A stretch of 64,000 bases of DNA from Octopus bimaculoides (GCF_001194135.2 NC_068985.1:107605948-107669947), one strand, 5' to 3'. Positions 1 through 13,076 are shown, counted from the first letter of the stretch. Notes: a model not told the origin generated them from the sequence alone. Translations and numbers: made by a program.

Positions 1-325
1 AGCCAGGTACAGAGGTTTATCCTTAGCTAGGTATTTCTCCTGCAACTGTCTCACTAGAAATAAGGCATCAGTAGTGCTTTTACCTGGCACGAACCCAAAC
101 TGCATCTCATCTAAATTGATTCGCTCCCTAATTAGTTGGGCTATGACCCTCTCTGTAACTTTCATAACCTGATCTAACAGCTTGATGCCTCTGTAATTAT
201 TTGTATCTAAAGCGTCCCCTTTACCTTTGTAGCAGTTGACTATGATGCTGCTACACCAGTCATAGGGTATGACTCCTTCGTGTATCACCTGGTTCGTAAT
301 ACGGGTGACTAGGCTATAGCCATAT
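1..325 (-). mobile_element. RTE-clade LINE reverse transcriptase fragment (5'-truncated, runs off the window edge)
   Basis: Manual minus-strand translation is open for about 105 aa: YGYSLVTRITNQVIHEGVIPYDWCSSIIVNCYKGKGDALDTNNYRGIKLLDQVMKVTERVIAQLIRERINLDEMQFGFVPGKSTTDALFLVRQLQEKYLAKDKPLYLA. It has the non-LTR RT motifs KGKGD...NYRGI and QFGF.PG.ST.DA. Confidence 0.93.
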
Positions 326-775
326 GACAGGACTTTTTCAGTTTCTATCTACATATTCTACCCTCGAGACTTTGTAGCTGCCTGAATATAAAACCAAGCA
401 GCCAACTTCAAACCTTACTACCACAATCTGATACTTGCTCCATAAAATACATTCTTTCATACCCAAGAATAAATAGGTGCCACTTCTTTATTCAACAAAA
501 TGCAAATATTCAAGTTTGACTAACAAAGAAAACTAAACATTTATATAAACAAAGTCCAGTCCAAGCCCATATGTGTGGCTTATATAACTACATTAATACT
601 TTACAGTTACAAAGAGATAACCCTCACCTCTAATATCATCAGTGGTGAACTGACACATCAAAGCAGGTGTGGATTGTTTAATATAAAGTTAATTTTAACA
701 TTCCATACCTTCTTTTCTATATATTATATTTACAAGTTTATATGTGGTACAATTGACGTAAGTAAAGTGATTTAA

Positions 776-974
776 AATTTTGGTACAAGGTCAGCAATTT
801 GAGGTTAGTCAATTACATCGATGCCAGGGTTCAACTGGTACTTATTTTATCAACCCCAAAAGAATGAAAGGCAAAGTTGCCTTTAGCAGAATTTGAACTC
901 AAAGCGCAAGGATAGACAAAATGTCACTAAGTATTTTGCCTGGCATGCTAATGGTTCTGCCAGCTCATTGCCTT
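776..974 (-). mobile_element. tRNA-derived SINE, family E (my label), decayed
   Basis: Aligns by eye to the reverse complement of 15888-16101 (ggcaaagttgcc...gaatttgaactc...gccagctcattgcc). Confidence 0.85.
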
Positions 975-1676
975 ATTGACATTAGTAAATTAAAACTACT
1001 TTTCTTCTTCAATTCTCCATTTCTTCAAAAACACCTAACAAATGTGAAAGGTTACTGGAATAACATAATTTGGTTGGTGCTGAATAAACTTATAATTTGA
1101 AGAAATGTTTTTACTGATGTATCTGTAGAAAGTACCATCATGAAATGTGTGAGGAGAGAAGAGACCAACAGGGAGCACCAACTATTTTGCAGTGCTAAAA
1201 ATCACAATCTTGCAGTGAATTAAAATTAATTTTCTGTAGTTGAAATCTTGAATACTAAAAGAAACTTGCACATTTTGATAAAAATATAATAAAAGTACAA
1301 GTTTTATGAATTTTCTAGACGGTGTAGATTTAATAATTACTTTCTTTTTGTTTAAGTTACATACGCTCAACTAATTAATAAGTAGCTTTCTTCAGTATAG
1401 TATGGGTATATTTACCAACTTCTTTTTAACATAAGCAAATGAACTTTTCCCACACAAAATTTATGTCCATTCAAAAGGATTACTCCTGACATGCAAAATT
1501 TAGCTGGAAAGACAACTGAAGTGAACCCCATTATATTGCTGGTATGTATTGCATCTAGAAAAATAAAAATTAAAATCAAGAGTTTTAAACCAAATTAAAA
1601 TCAAGAATTTTAAATTTGGCACTTAAAAAAAAAAAATTAATGTAAAGCAGGGCTTCACCATCTCCACCAATCATTA

Positions 1677-2017
1677 AGCATGGCTGCATGGTTAAGAAGT
1701 TCATTTCTCAACATTGTTCTGGGTTCAGTCCTGCTGCAGAGCACCTTGAGCAAATGTCTTTAGTAGACACAAACTGAAAGAAGCCTGTCATATGTGTGTG
1801 TATGTGTGTATCTATGAATTGACATCATGTGATTGTTGTAAATAAGCATCATCATCATACATATGATGCTGATCATTTCGTCTTTTGTGAAAAACATATC
1901 TAGCTACATGGAAATATTACCTCGCTAAGAAACAGGTGAGAGTTGGTATTGGGAAAGGCACCTAGCTGTAGAAAATCTGACTCATGCAAGAATGAAAAAG
2001 TAAATGTTAAATGATGA
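1677..2017 (+). mobile_element. tRNA-derived SINE, family B
   Basis: Head tggctgcatggttaagaag...gggttcagtcc...caccttgagcaa, internal (TG)n, tail ggaaacaggtgagagttgg...catgcaagaatg...atgatga. Confidence 0.85.
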
Positions 2018-2512
2018 CAAGTGTGTATGTATCTCCTTTCAACACCACACAATTACAAAAAAATAATGATGCTGATTTCTCATATGACACAACCATTCAT
2101 TGTAAAAAAAAGTATGTGAGTGTATGTGGCGAGTGTATAGTCAGGTCAAAATAACCCTACATAATTGGTATTTCTGAATTCCAGAGTAATGGAAAGTAAA
2201 TTTGACCTTGCTAAAATTTGAATTCAGAATCAAATACAAGGCATTTTGTCCAAGATACTTTTGTTCCTGTCATTCCATCACTCTAATGATTTCTTTCATG
2301 GGCAGTAAACCCTGAAATTTGGTGGAGGTGTGGGGTGGGGAAACACAGTTGACTATATTTACCTTGCATTTGACCGATACTCCACTGACTAATGAAGAAT
2401 GAAAGGCAAAGTTGAACTTGATGATATTTGAACATGAAACATAAAGAGCTGGAACAGATACTGTTGAGCATTTTATCCCATATTAAACAAGAGCTAGCAA
2501 GAGAGCATTTAA

Positions 2513-2790
2513 CCCATTACCTACCAGAGATCTCATATGAAATCACTTAAAAATTACGAATTTCGTAATTATCTGTCAATATTTACACATATCTAACCTT
2601 TTTGCTATATCTACTAGGTATATTTCTCTGATGTTCAAATGAGGTTTGCTAATTTTTCACCCAATATCTCGCTTATTTCTATTTGAAATGTTATTTTGAT
2701 CATTCCAGCATGTTTCTAAGGCTGTTTTATGCTAGAAATCAAAGTTTCATAAAAAAAATTCCAGTTAATAGAATTATGGGAGGTAAAGGG
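2513..2790. mobile_element. piggyBac-type MITE
   Basis: TTAA on both sides (2509-2512, 2791-2794); 13-bp TIR cccattacctacc / gggaggtaaaggg (11/13 match). Confidence 0.75.
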
Positions 2791-2802
2791 TTAAGTAGTG
2801 AT

Positions 2803-3040
2803 TTGACCTGCTAGGAATAGCAGGTCAAATCACCCTCAACTTGCACCTTTCTAAAAGCTGATTGGCAGACAATGGGTAATGTAATCCTAGCTATATGTAA
2901 TGGGTAATTTAATACAAAGGGTAATTGTAATCCTAGTAAATATGCAATATCTGAGAGAAAAGAGAGATGGTCAAGGCTGGAATGCCTTTGATCATAAGTC
3001 TGCTCAGTCAGGGCTGACAAATTCAACAACAGCAACAAAT
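2803..3040 (+). repeat. Interspersed repeat, family G (probable SINE/LINE 3' fragment)
   Basis: gacctgctag.aatagcag..caaatc...ggaatgcctttgatcata.gtc..ctc..tcagggctgac..aacaacaac recurs at about 22715-22885 and 32600-32790, partially at 3255-3345 and inverted at 56060-56140. Confidence 0.75.
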
Positions 3041-3749
3041 GATTTTTTTTTTTTTCTTGACTAAACACCTTAGAGTATTTTGTTGAAAATTTTAAGTGCG
3101 CAAATGCCACTTGGTTGATAGAAAACATGTATAACTTAGTCATGTGCATGCATATTCACGTGTGCACACATGCACACACGTGAATAAATGTAAGTGTGTG
3201 TGTGTATTAACACATGTATAGACATTCATACATGTAAACAATAATCCCCAAAAACAATAGCCAAATATTCCTCAAATCACACCTTAGTGTCAAGAGGAAA
3301 ATAAATCACTAACTGAAAATGTATTCCTAGAAACACAATCCGAGACAAAATAATAAATAAATAAATTAAATTAAATTAAAAAATGACAAACTAATCATGA
3401 CTGGAACTGATGTTCCCTGTAACTTTTAGCCATAGGTGTGCACAGAAATTTGCACTGTGTACAAATTTTCTTTCTTTGTAGCATCTATGCAAGTAAATAT
3501 TGCTTAAATTTCTTGAATTAAACAAATCTGATTTCATCTTGTAAACCATGCATGTGAAATTTTCAATCCGCCTCTCCTTGTTGTAAAATGTATCTGAATA
3601 CACAAGTGCACAGCTCAGAGTGAGTGGTGCTGGAACACCTATCATAAGTGTACCTGGGGTACAATTAGGGTTCACTTAAGACTAAACAACATTTCATAAA
3701 GTAACAGTAATAGTAATATTCTGCAGTTTGTTTTGATGCTACCCATCAT

Positions 3750-4110
3750 CACCAAGAGACAGTGTATGGTCCTTTGGGGAAGTGTTTTCTACAACAGCCA
3801 CAAGCTGACCAAAGCCTGTTGAGATCTGGTAGCTAGAAACTGAAAGAAGCCCATTGTATTTGTTTGTGCATGTGAGTATGTGTTCGTTTGTTCTTGTCTT
3901 GATATTGCTTGATAGTTGTAAACTAGTATCGTCATCATACAAGTGGTGTCCTTTCCTCTGTGAAAATATGTCTGGCCACAGGAAAATGTTATTGTTTGCA
4001 AATGGTGAATTTTGGCAAGCAGATGGGCATCTGGCTGTATAAAATTTGCCTTAATGAATTATGTTAAGCATGACCTAAGGAAGCATGGAAAAATGGATAT
4101 TAAAACGATA
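3750..4110 (+). mobile_element. tRNA-derived SINE, family B, decayed
   Basis: gaccaaagcc...gaaactgaaagaagccc and the family B 3' half. Confidence 0.8.
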
Positions 4111-4770
4111 ACAATGATTATAAAGGCAAAGATATTTTCAAAAAGAGCTTACCGATTCATCAGAATTTATGTTCTTTAATGTGTTTTCTAACTGCAAATA
4201 AAAGAAATATTTTTCCTTAAATTAAGACTTGAAAAATTCTAAAAAAAAAAAAAAAAATTCTAAACATACAGTTAAATTAACACAGTTTATGAATAATTAA
4301 CATTTTAATAGAAGGAAAAGAAAATAACAGAAAGTAATTTGGTCAATGCTGAATGTAGGTTTCAGACGATTGCAAATGAGTTTGGAAACAATGTTAAACA
4401 GTAGAATAACACTGAGTCAGTTACTTTGGTAATACTAAGTGGATATAAACATCTGTGATGTGTGTGTCACTAACAAAACAAAGAAGAGATAGATAGACAG
4501 GCAGAATCATAAATATCTAAAACAATCTGTAAGAATTAATGGTTTAAGAATTGTGATGAGGGAAATATCAACCATTCCTCCAGCCCACAGTAACTATTGT
4601 GTAAGAGAATAGCTGCTGCATATTTTGTTACAGGGTTTAATTTATAAAATTATAGCTATTCAAATCTATTTTGGTGTTCTGTTATTACTGACCAATGCTG
4701 CAGCCTTTAATAGCAGTAATCTAGTTGATTCACTAACAATGTTAATGTACTTACAGTTTTTATGTATTTA

Positions 4771-6484
4771 CTAGCAGAGATACCTGGCGTTGCTTGGGAT
4801 TAAAATGACATAGTTTATGTATATATATATATATATAAACAGTTATGTTGAAACAGATGATACAGGAAAGTGCAGCATTGATGACAAAACATTTGTGGAA
4901 TAAATTTTAAAGCTTTGCATAAATGACAATTTGAGATTAGCACACCAATTTGGACAGAATTATAATTTTTATAAGAATAGAATGGATCATATTTGAAAGC
5001 AGCCCCAGGTATTGTGAAGAATGAATTTTTACGTGATCTGTATCTGAGAGCTATTCTATTGGACCTCTGTGTAATCTAGTGTGCTAAACATTTTAATGAT
5101 TCAGCATTAAGTGCTGATGTTTGAGAAAGTTTCCTCTCCCTTCTCTTTTGAGACTGTATTTGATGTGCTGCAGCTTGCGTTTGGTGATCTTTGGAAAGAT
5201 CCCTTCTGTATTGAGACTCCATCTGACGTGCTGCAGCATGCTGTTGCTGATGTTGAGAAAGTCTCATGTCCCTTATGTCTTAAGACTCTCGCCTTCAGTT
5301 TTCTGAACTCCTCATTGCTTTATAGGTGTTTCTAGAGAGATTACGTTTTTTCTTTGGTGGCCTACTTTTCCAATATTTTAAAGAAAACATTGAGGATAGA
5401 AAAAAATATACATTAATCCCTATTTCTGTAAGCAGTTGTATGTAGTATGTTTATATTTTTGTATGCAGTGTAAATTAACCAAACATAAGCAAACTGCAAA
5501 TACCTTGCAACTGCTGTGATAATTATGAACTGTTAATTGAATGGTAGATGTGTATTTTTATATAACTCGGACCTTCCATGTAATTGTTTTTTGTCAAGAG
5601 TTTCACCTCCAGCCATTCTCGTCACAAATGTTATATGTGTGTGTAGATGTGTGTGTTTAATAATGTACATAATGGGTGCACAAACACATTCATATACAAA
5701 ATGTGATGATATGCACACATACACTCTCACATACAGTAACATACATATAGTAAGAGAGACACATGCATACAAACATTCACACATGTCAGTCGTCATGTGT
5801 ATATGTATGTGTAGATGTGTGTGTTTAATAACGTACCTAATGCAGAAACACGCACAGTCAGAGAGACAAACACGCACAGTCAGAGAGACATACACACTCA
5901 TATACTCAGAGACACATACTCATATATGTGACGTCATTGTGGTATAAAATGTCCTTTACTATCCCGTATGTACTGAACATGCAAAAACACACATAAAGTG
6001 AAACAATATTATTGTCTTAATACATTAGAATTAACAGTGAAACAATATTATATCACATAAGGAAATCAATTTGTTGACAGAAATTACAAACCCCATTTCA
6101 GCATATAAAGCTGTAGAAGAAAATAGGCTGAGTGAAAAAACTTGAGCCATTTTAGGATATCTTTATCTAATGCATGAACACTCGGTGTGGTTGAATTCTC
6201 ATTGGTTAATTAATGAAGGTTTATTGGCTGTATCACAATGGTTTTCGATAAAGGGAGAAATGTAAATAGTGTATTTAAATAGACAGAGTGCAAAAAATTA
6301 AAAATAAGTAATGTTGTAGGGAGACCATACAAATAGTGTGAAGACAAAGATATTTACGCANNNNNNNNNNNNNNNNNNNNNNNNNNNNNNNNNNNNNNNN
6401 NNNNNNNNNNNNNNNNNNNNNNNNNNNNNNNNNNNNNNNNNNNNNNNNNNNNNNNNNNNNNNNNNNNNNNNNNNNNNNNNNNNN

Positions 6485-6515
<31 letters not shown>

Positions 6516-6834
6516 TGAGTGAATGAAACAGGCAGACTTTAAAGAGAAGTACTGCAGAAGGTAAGTGAGAAAGAGAAGACATAAATAAACAGAGAGAGAG
6601 AAAAGGGAGAGAATCAGTTGAAAACTGCAGTTTTCACAGAAAAACCCATGCGTAAACCCTGGTTCATTTTCCGCATTACATGGGAACTCTGGGCAAAACG
6701 TTATAGTCTATGACCATCCTTGGCACATAAGTAATGTGTGTGTAAAGTTTGGTGAAAATTGGTTGGAAACTAGAAATGCATACAATGTACACACACACAC
6801 ACAATCTTTTGTTTTATATATATTTATATATAGA
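4771..6834 (-). mobile_element. Helitron, internally deleted non-autonomous derivative
   Basis: On the minus strand it starts TC (6834-6833) and ends CTAG (4774-4771), between host A (6835) and T (4770). A decayed subterminal hairpin cccaagcaacgccagg lies 8 nt before CTAG. It contains a RepHel-like N-terminal remnant, (GA)n/(CA)n tracts and one assembly gap. Confidence 0.88.
4863..5267 (-). pseudogene. Helitron RepHel N-terminal remnant (Q/R-rich repeats plus zinc-finger-like motif)
   Basis: ORF 5076-5267 continues in the same frame past one TAG: ...AAFKYDPFYSYKNYNSVQIGVLISNCHLCKALKFIPQMFCHQCC. This matches the AF.YD...IG...CxxCxALKF...CC motif I recognise from animal Helitron RepHel proteins. 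Confidence 0.8.
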
Positions 6835-6957
6835 TTTCTGAAATTCCACATTTAAAATGCAAACCACCTAATGGGTTCTGTTCCTGAGAAAACAAAATCA
6901 ATACTTACAGGAAAGTACACAATTTTGAGACAATCCTTCACACATGCAATGTTTTAA

Positions 6958-7165
6958 CTCTTTTGGTATCAAGCTACCTGAGACCACTCATTTCTATGAT
7001 ACAAACTTTCTGTTAAAAGTGATCTAAATTATAATTTCCACTAAAATTTCATGTTCATTTATGTTTCAAACACTATTTTAATAATGGTAAAGATATTTCA
7101 TCATTTTAAAAATTAACTAAAACAAAGCCAGGCTATTTTAAGAGAAAGACTGGTAACAAAAGAGG
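6958..7165. mobile_element. piggyBac-type MITE, second family
   Basis: TTAA flanks (6954-6957, 7166-7169); TIR ctcttttggtatca / tggtaacaaaagagg. Related copies at about 22965-23158 and 36812-37022. Confidence 0.7.
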
Positions 7166-8292
7166 TTAAAGTTCAAAATGTCTAGTTTTTACTGTTTAAT
7201 TTTTACATTATTCTAGCTAAAATAATTAAATGTAAACTTTTACAACTTTACTAAAAAGACAACTTCGATCTTTGTAAGATTAATCTCTCCTGTCATGTTA
7301 CAATAGCTATCTAGGAAGTATAATTCATGCCATTGTCACTTCAACTGGTCACCAATAAGTTGTATAGCTGTCTCAAAATGAACAAGAGTTTGTTATGATA
7401 ATGTTCCTACTCTACCACAAAGAAAATGAAACCTATGTTGGGGTGTGTATAGCAAACAAAAGTGAAACAAATTAAAGACTGCTCTTCTATTATGAATGAT
7501 AAGAAAGATCAAAGCAACATGTAATTGAGATAACATGTAAAAAATAACAACAATAAATATATACAGATGTATATTACAAGTGTCAGATTAACAAGATTAA
7601 CTGTCTTTCTTTTTCTTTCCCCCATCAATAAACAAATATATGAATACAGCTGTTATTACACAGCAGGAGGGCACATAACCATATAAGCTTTAAGTAGTGA
7701 CAAAAGTAGACTTGCTGTTTTACAATGTTATCTAAGATGGAAGACATTAAATGTTCAGGTTTTATAGCATTTTGCCTTCAAATTAAGGCACAAAACAATT
7801 TCTTTATTTTTCTATCATAATGAAATAAAATCAAAATTATAAGCTGGAGATTTTGAGTTTATGATACTGCCAACTCATTCCAAGAATTGATATAAGATAA
7901 AAAAAAAGGCCTACAAATGATATTTTAGCATTAATTACAAGCTATACTTAAAGAGAACTTCGGTATTTGATAGTCAAGCAAGGAGTAGAATAGATGAGTG
8001 GAGATACCTTTGCCCAATTATATAACATATTAAATTTTTAAGAAATTCTATAAAATCATTCATATTATATCAAATTGTTGGCTTTCTTCCTTAGCTGTGT
8101 TCACCAGCTTCAGTTTTTTTTTTTGGGGGGGGGGGGGTTATTTAGACAGTTTTTTTCCTGATTTTAATTAAGTCAACAGAAGGTACTTTAATAATATCTC
8201 AAAACTATATTGCTATCTATTTGCTTGTTATAACAAAGAAGCACACATAAGTCGATACATCATTATAAATAAATATGATATATATAATAGAT

Positions 8293-8690
8293 GCAAGCTT
8301 AGTTGCATAGTTGAGAAGCTTGCTTCCCAATCACAATGTTAGGTTCAATTCCACTGCATGGCACCTTAGACAAGTATTTTCTACTATAGCCCTGGACTGA
8401 CCAAAGCTTTGTGTGTAGATTTGATAGCCAGAAACTGGAAGACACCCATCATGCATGCATGCATGCATGCATATGTGTGTGCATGCGCACGTGCTAGCGT
8501 CTTCTTGACTTTGCATCATGATAGATGTAAACAAGTTCACTGTCATACAATCAGTGTTCATTTCCAATCTTGTGTGAAAAGATGAAATATTTTTCCATCT
8601 GGAAATGGGTGAGGGGTGATAACAGGATAAACATCCAGCCATAGAATATGTCTCAATAAATTCTGTCTGACCCACATGAGCATGGTCTGT
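8293..8690 (+). mobile_element. tRNA-derived SINE, family B
   Basis: Family head, (GCAT)n spacer and 3' half; the tail is interrupted by the family F inverted pair. Confidence 0.85.
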
Positions 8691-8691
8691 G

Positions 8692-8957
8692 GTTGTTAAC
8701 ACGTTTCAGCTGATATACCCTCTAGCCTTCATCGGGTGTCTTGGGGAAAGTTCAAACTTGGGTTCTCATTCTTAAGGTATTTTTTCGATGTTGTTGTTGT
8801 TATTAATAGTGCAGGCTACTAACCCAAAGATTCCAAGTTCGATTCCAGGCAGTGGCCTGAATAATAATAATAATGATAATAACAACGTCGAAAAAATACC
8901 TTAGGAATGAGAACCCAAGTTCGAAATTTCCCCAAGACACCTGACGTAGGCTGGAGG
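8692..8957. mobile_element. Inverted head-to-head pair of hammerhead-bearing family F fragments
   Basis: 8692-8805 (-) and 8808-8957 (+) both align to 24649-24870 and share ggaatgagaacccaagttcgaaatttccccaagacacctgacg.aggctggagg. Confidence 0.88.
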
Positions 8958-9010
8958 TTTTTAAAATTCATCACTTTCTTTGGTTATTTTACTATCTCTA
9001 GGGGTTTCGC

Positions 9011-9222
9011 AAAGGCAATGAGCTGACAAAATCGTTAATATTTCAGAGAAAATGCTTAGTGACATTTCTTCAAGCTCTTTATGTTCTGAGTTCAAATCCC
9101 ACTGAGGTTGATTTTGCCCTTCATCTCTTCAGGAGTCAATATAATTAAATACCAGTCAAGTACAGTGGAAGGGGCAGGGGCAATAAAAATGACTTGTCCA
9201 CTATCTTCAAAATTACTGGCTT
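9011..9222 (+). mobile_element. tRNA-derived SINE, family E
   Basis: aaaggcaatgagctgac...gttctgagttcaaatcc...ttttgcccttcatc...taccagtc. Confidence 0.85.
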
Positions 9223-10504
9223 TGACTCCTGCAACAGACCAGCAACCTATTCAGGGGGATTGTTGTGAACTTGGTCACTTATATGCCATGGAACCTAGGA
9301 AACCAGCCTCATGAGACTAGGGCTCAAGAAAAATAGAAAAGGATGGGGAAGGTTCATGTCAGTCAGCTTCCCTTTTTTAAGCAGAAAGAAATAAGTTATT
9401 TATAGTAATGGTAGAAATTCAAAATAGAAAGGAATGCAATATTATTTAAGGTAATGTTTAAAATACCACAATATTGATTTCTTCACAACTGATTTCCTTA
9501 TCGATTTCTATATTAAATTAATCAGCTGTATACAGAAATGGGGTGTTTATCAAGCATGAAAGAGTGGGAGATTAATGCAAAATTTCATACACCAAAACAT
9601 CCATACCACTAAACGTTAATTTTAGTCACCTTTTCAAAACTAAGATCAGTGAGAATCCATGAATCATTCTTGTTAGATCACACTTTTTCAGTTTTTTTTT
9701 TTTCAATAGTAAATTAAACTTCAGCACAAGATATTTGAAAAGATTATATTAAAATGTTCGTGACTTGAGACATACATGGAAATAACATTCCTGCAAAGCC
9801 TCTCAAAATGCTAATATTTAATAAAGCATATATTTAATCAGAGGGCAGAAACTATTCTCTAAATCTATGGATAGTGTGTAAGAGGTGAATCAGAGGATCG
9901 TGTTGAAAGGTTTAGAAAAACAAAACAAACTTGTAAGTGTAAATAATGTATAATATATACTAACCAAGTCATAGAGTAGATAAAAATGGATGACAATTGC
10001 TAACAATCTAAATACACAAAATGTTTAGAGATAAAAAGAATTTTTTATGAAGAGAAAAGAAACACTTTTGAAAAGATCCTATGGCTTGCTTAATCACATA
10101 TAAATATGCATAGAATTGTTTTCATTTCTCTCTTTCCCTTTATATGTATATATATTTACCCTTCCATATATAGCCACTGACAATTTCAGTGTGTTTATGG
10201 TACAATAACTAACAAATTGCAGTATAATGATTATATAACCTCCTGTACAACTAAAATTAGAGGTAGTGAAATGCCACTGTAATTGTCTAGTAAAATTCTG
10301 GAAAGTTAAACAGGTGCATCTAAATAGGCTAATTGAGCTGTTCTATGGGGTAATTTCTATCAATTTCAAATACTCAAATGTATTCAGACAAATCCCTTTA
10401 GAGAAAAATCTAGCTCGCTAATTTAAATGTATTCGTTTCCTTTTAGTATTATGTTATACTGTTTATATTAGTTGAACTGGTGACCTCATCTTGATTGATA
10501 CTTT

Positions 10505-10827
10505 GACTTTGTTTCGGCTGTTGCATGCTCCAGCCTTCTTCAAGAGTCTTGTGTCGAACTCGGTTGTTATATCAGAATTTCAAACCAAACCCCTTATTTG
10601 ATTTACAGGAGTACAGAGCTCTCATTCTGTTGTCTGCATTTTGTGACTTTTTTTTTTTTGCCAAGAGGTTCTGAATTTGATCCCTGGCAAAGCACGAAAG
10701 CAATTCACATAATGCAACTCAAGCACCAAGAAAGAAAAAAAAGTCACGAACTGCAGAGAAAACCATGAGAACAGTGCAACCCTGTAGATCAAATAAGGGA
10801 TTAGGTTTGAAATTCTGATAGAACAAC
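10505..10827. mobile_element. Penelope-like terminal fragment with degenerate hammerhead (-) and inverted partial copy (+)
   Basis: The minus strand reads gactc-ttgaaga-a-ggctg-gagcatgcaa-cagcc-gaaac-aaa-gtc. 10563-10609 is the reverse complement of 10781-10827 with a few mismatches. Confidence 0.6.
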
Positions 10828-11820
10828 TGAAGTGTTAAGAAAGTAACAATAAAGGTGAGGATACCAGTTTGGTTAGTATAAACAGTTTAACATAATTCTT
10901 ATAGAATTGTATTGTTTTTAGAAGTTTCAATAATTTTACTGCATTCCTGCTGGGTATAGTTGATTATAAAGACCCTAATACCTATTTTATAAATACTGGA
11001 GTAATGAAAAGTCAAGTTAGATCGCTCACAATTTGAATGCAGAATATAAGGGGTATAACTAAATACTGTAGTGTATCTTATTCAGTGTCCTACCAATTCT
11101 ACTGCCATTTGAAAAATTAGAATGACCAAAATAAAAGAGTACAAATATTCATAGACTATACAGAGAGAATTTTTCTACATTTACATTACTCTTCAACTAG
11201 ATCAGCCCAAGGACTGTGGCCATGCTGCCACAATGCTTATGATTAAAGGAATTATTTTTAGAAAAGAATGTACTTTATGCAAGTCACTTATCAGTGATGT
11301 AAATGTAATTAACATTCTTAATCAGTAAAAAATTTTAATTAGTCTGATGTTACTATCTTTGTTTTTTGCCTTTGTCTTGCTTTTATATTTTCATTTGTAA
11401 ATGTTTAACAGTTGTTGAGTGAAAGAATAAAAGTAGTTGCTTGGTCTGAGAAAGATACTGATCAAGAAGTCTAATTATCATACTGCAGATGCATTTAACA
11501 AACACCAGCATGGAGAAATGGATGTTGAAGTAGAGATGATGCTGAAGTTATGTTTATTTAACTAACTATATTTTAATTTTGATATCTCTAATAGTAGAAA
11601 AACTCTTGCTAGATTATCGCTACATTATGGTATCAACTTTCTAAGACATGGGACAAAGAGGTGGTAAAAAGATCTATAGACTCAAGAGAGGATGACAGAG
11701 TACCAAGACTTCTGGTAGTTTGCTGTGCTTGAAAAGACATGTTAAGCTTAGTAAAAGTATGGTTGTCCTTGCATACAAGCATGTCCCCTGTATCCCTCTC
11801 CAGATGAATCTTGCAGGCTC

Positions 11821-12039
11821 ATAGGTGCTGGTGTCACTTATAAAGCACCCATACTGGTGCCATGTAAACACACTGGTGCTAGTGCTGTGTAAAAGCACCC
11901 AATACACTCTGTAAAGTGGTTGACATTAGGAAAGGCATCTAGCCATAGAAACCATGTCAAAACAGACAGGAGACCTGTCAGCTCCTGTCAAACTGTCCAA
12001 CCAATGCCAGCATGGAAAATGGACATATGATGATGATGC
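11821..12039 (+). mobile_element. SINE family C 3' part, decayed
   Basis: gtaaaagcacccaatacactctg...ttaggaaaggcatctagcc...ccaatgccagcatggaaa..gatgatgatg. Confidence 0.8.
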
Positions 12040-12632
12040 ATTTAAATGTACAGCTTAATCACAAACCACTGAAGACAGTCAGTAGTAATGAAGAGTAATT
12101 TAAGTAGATATTCTTTGACTGTGTGGTTAAGAAGCTTGCTTTGTAACCATATGGATTTGGTTTCAGTCTCAGTGCATGGCACCTTGAGCAAGTGTCTTCC
12201 CCTATAGCACTAGGACAACCATTTCTTTATGAGTGAATTTGGTAGCATTACAAAGAGCATCCATACATTGCAGCATGGATGATGTTGGGAAAGGGATTTA
12301 TATAGATTGTTGGGCCTAAATATGTAATTCTGGAACACCTGCTCATGTTTATCACCAACATAACCATCCAATTACAATCAATACTCATTGGACTGCTACA
12401 GTAAAATATTTGTGAGCAGCTCAAGACATCCATTCTTAGAGATCTCCTCACCAGCATATATCAATTCTATAAGAGAGTCCTTATTCAAGAATTTACACCA
12501 GTAATATCAAAGCATTTCTTGGATTTTTCTCTGTAAAATTTGTAAATTTCAAACCAACTAAAAGCCTACCCAATATCTTGTTTTGTTAAAGACAGTTTCG
12601 TGAAACAAAGACAAGTGACAAAATTATATATA

Positions 12633-12786
12633 GGCACAGGTGTAATTGTGTGGTAAGAAGTTTACTTCCCTACCACATGGTTCTAGGTTCAGTCCCACTG
12701 CATGGCACTTTCAGCAAGTGTCTTATGCTATAGCTTCAGGTTGACCAAAGCCTTGTGAGTGGTAGGCAGAAATTGAAAGAAGCTTG

Positions 12787-12840
<54 letters not shown>

Positions 12841-13017
12841 TATCACTGCTTGACAACCGGTGCTGATGTGTTTACGTCCTCATAACTTAGCAGTTTGATG
12901 AAAGAGACAAATAGAATAAGCATCAGGCTTAAAAGAAAAGAAAGTACTGGGACTGATTCATTCAAAGTCTCCAAGGCAGTGCCCCAGTACAGCCACAGCC
13001 TAATGACTGAATCAAGA
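12633..13017 (+). mobile_element. tRNA-derived SINE, family A (internal TA/GA microsatellite)
   Basis: Aligns to 18374-18792 and 29263-29642. Confidence 0.88.
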
Positions 13018-13038
13018 TTTTATATATGTATATATATG

Positions 13039-13076
<38 letters not shown>

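Noticed and set aside
5533-5947. 122-aa and 136-aa overlapping ORFs
   Set aside because: They are translations of CA/TG-rich imperfect repeats inside the Helitron (H/T and V/C runs).
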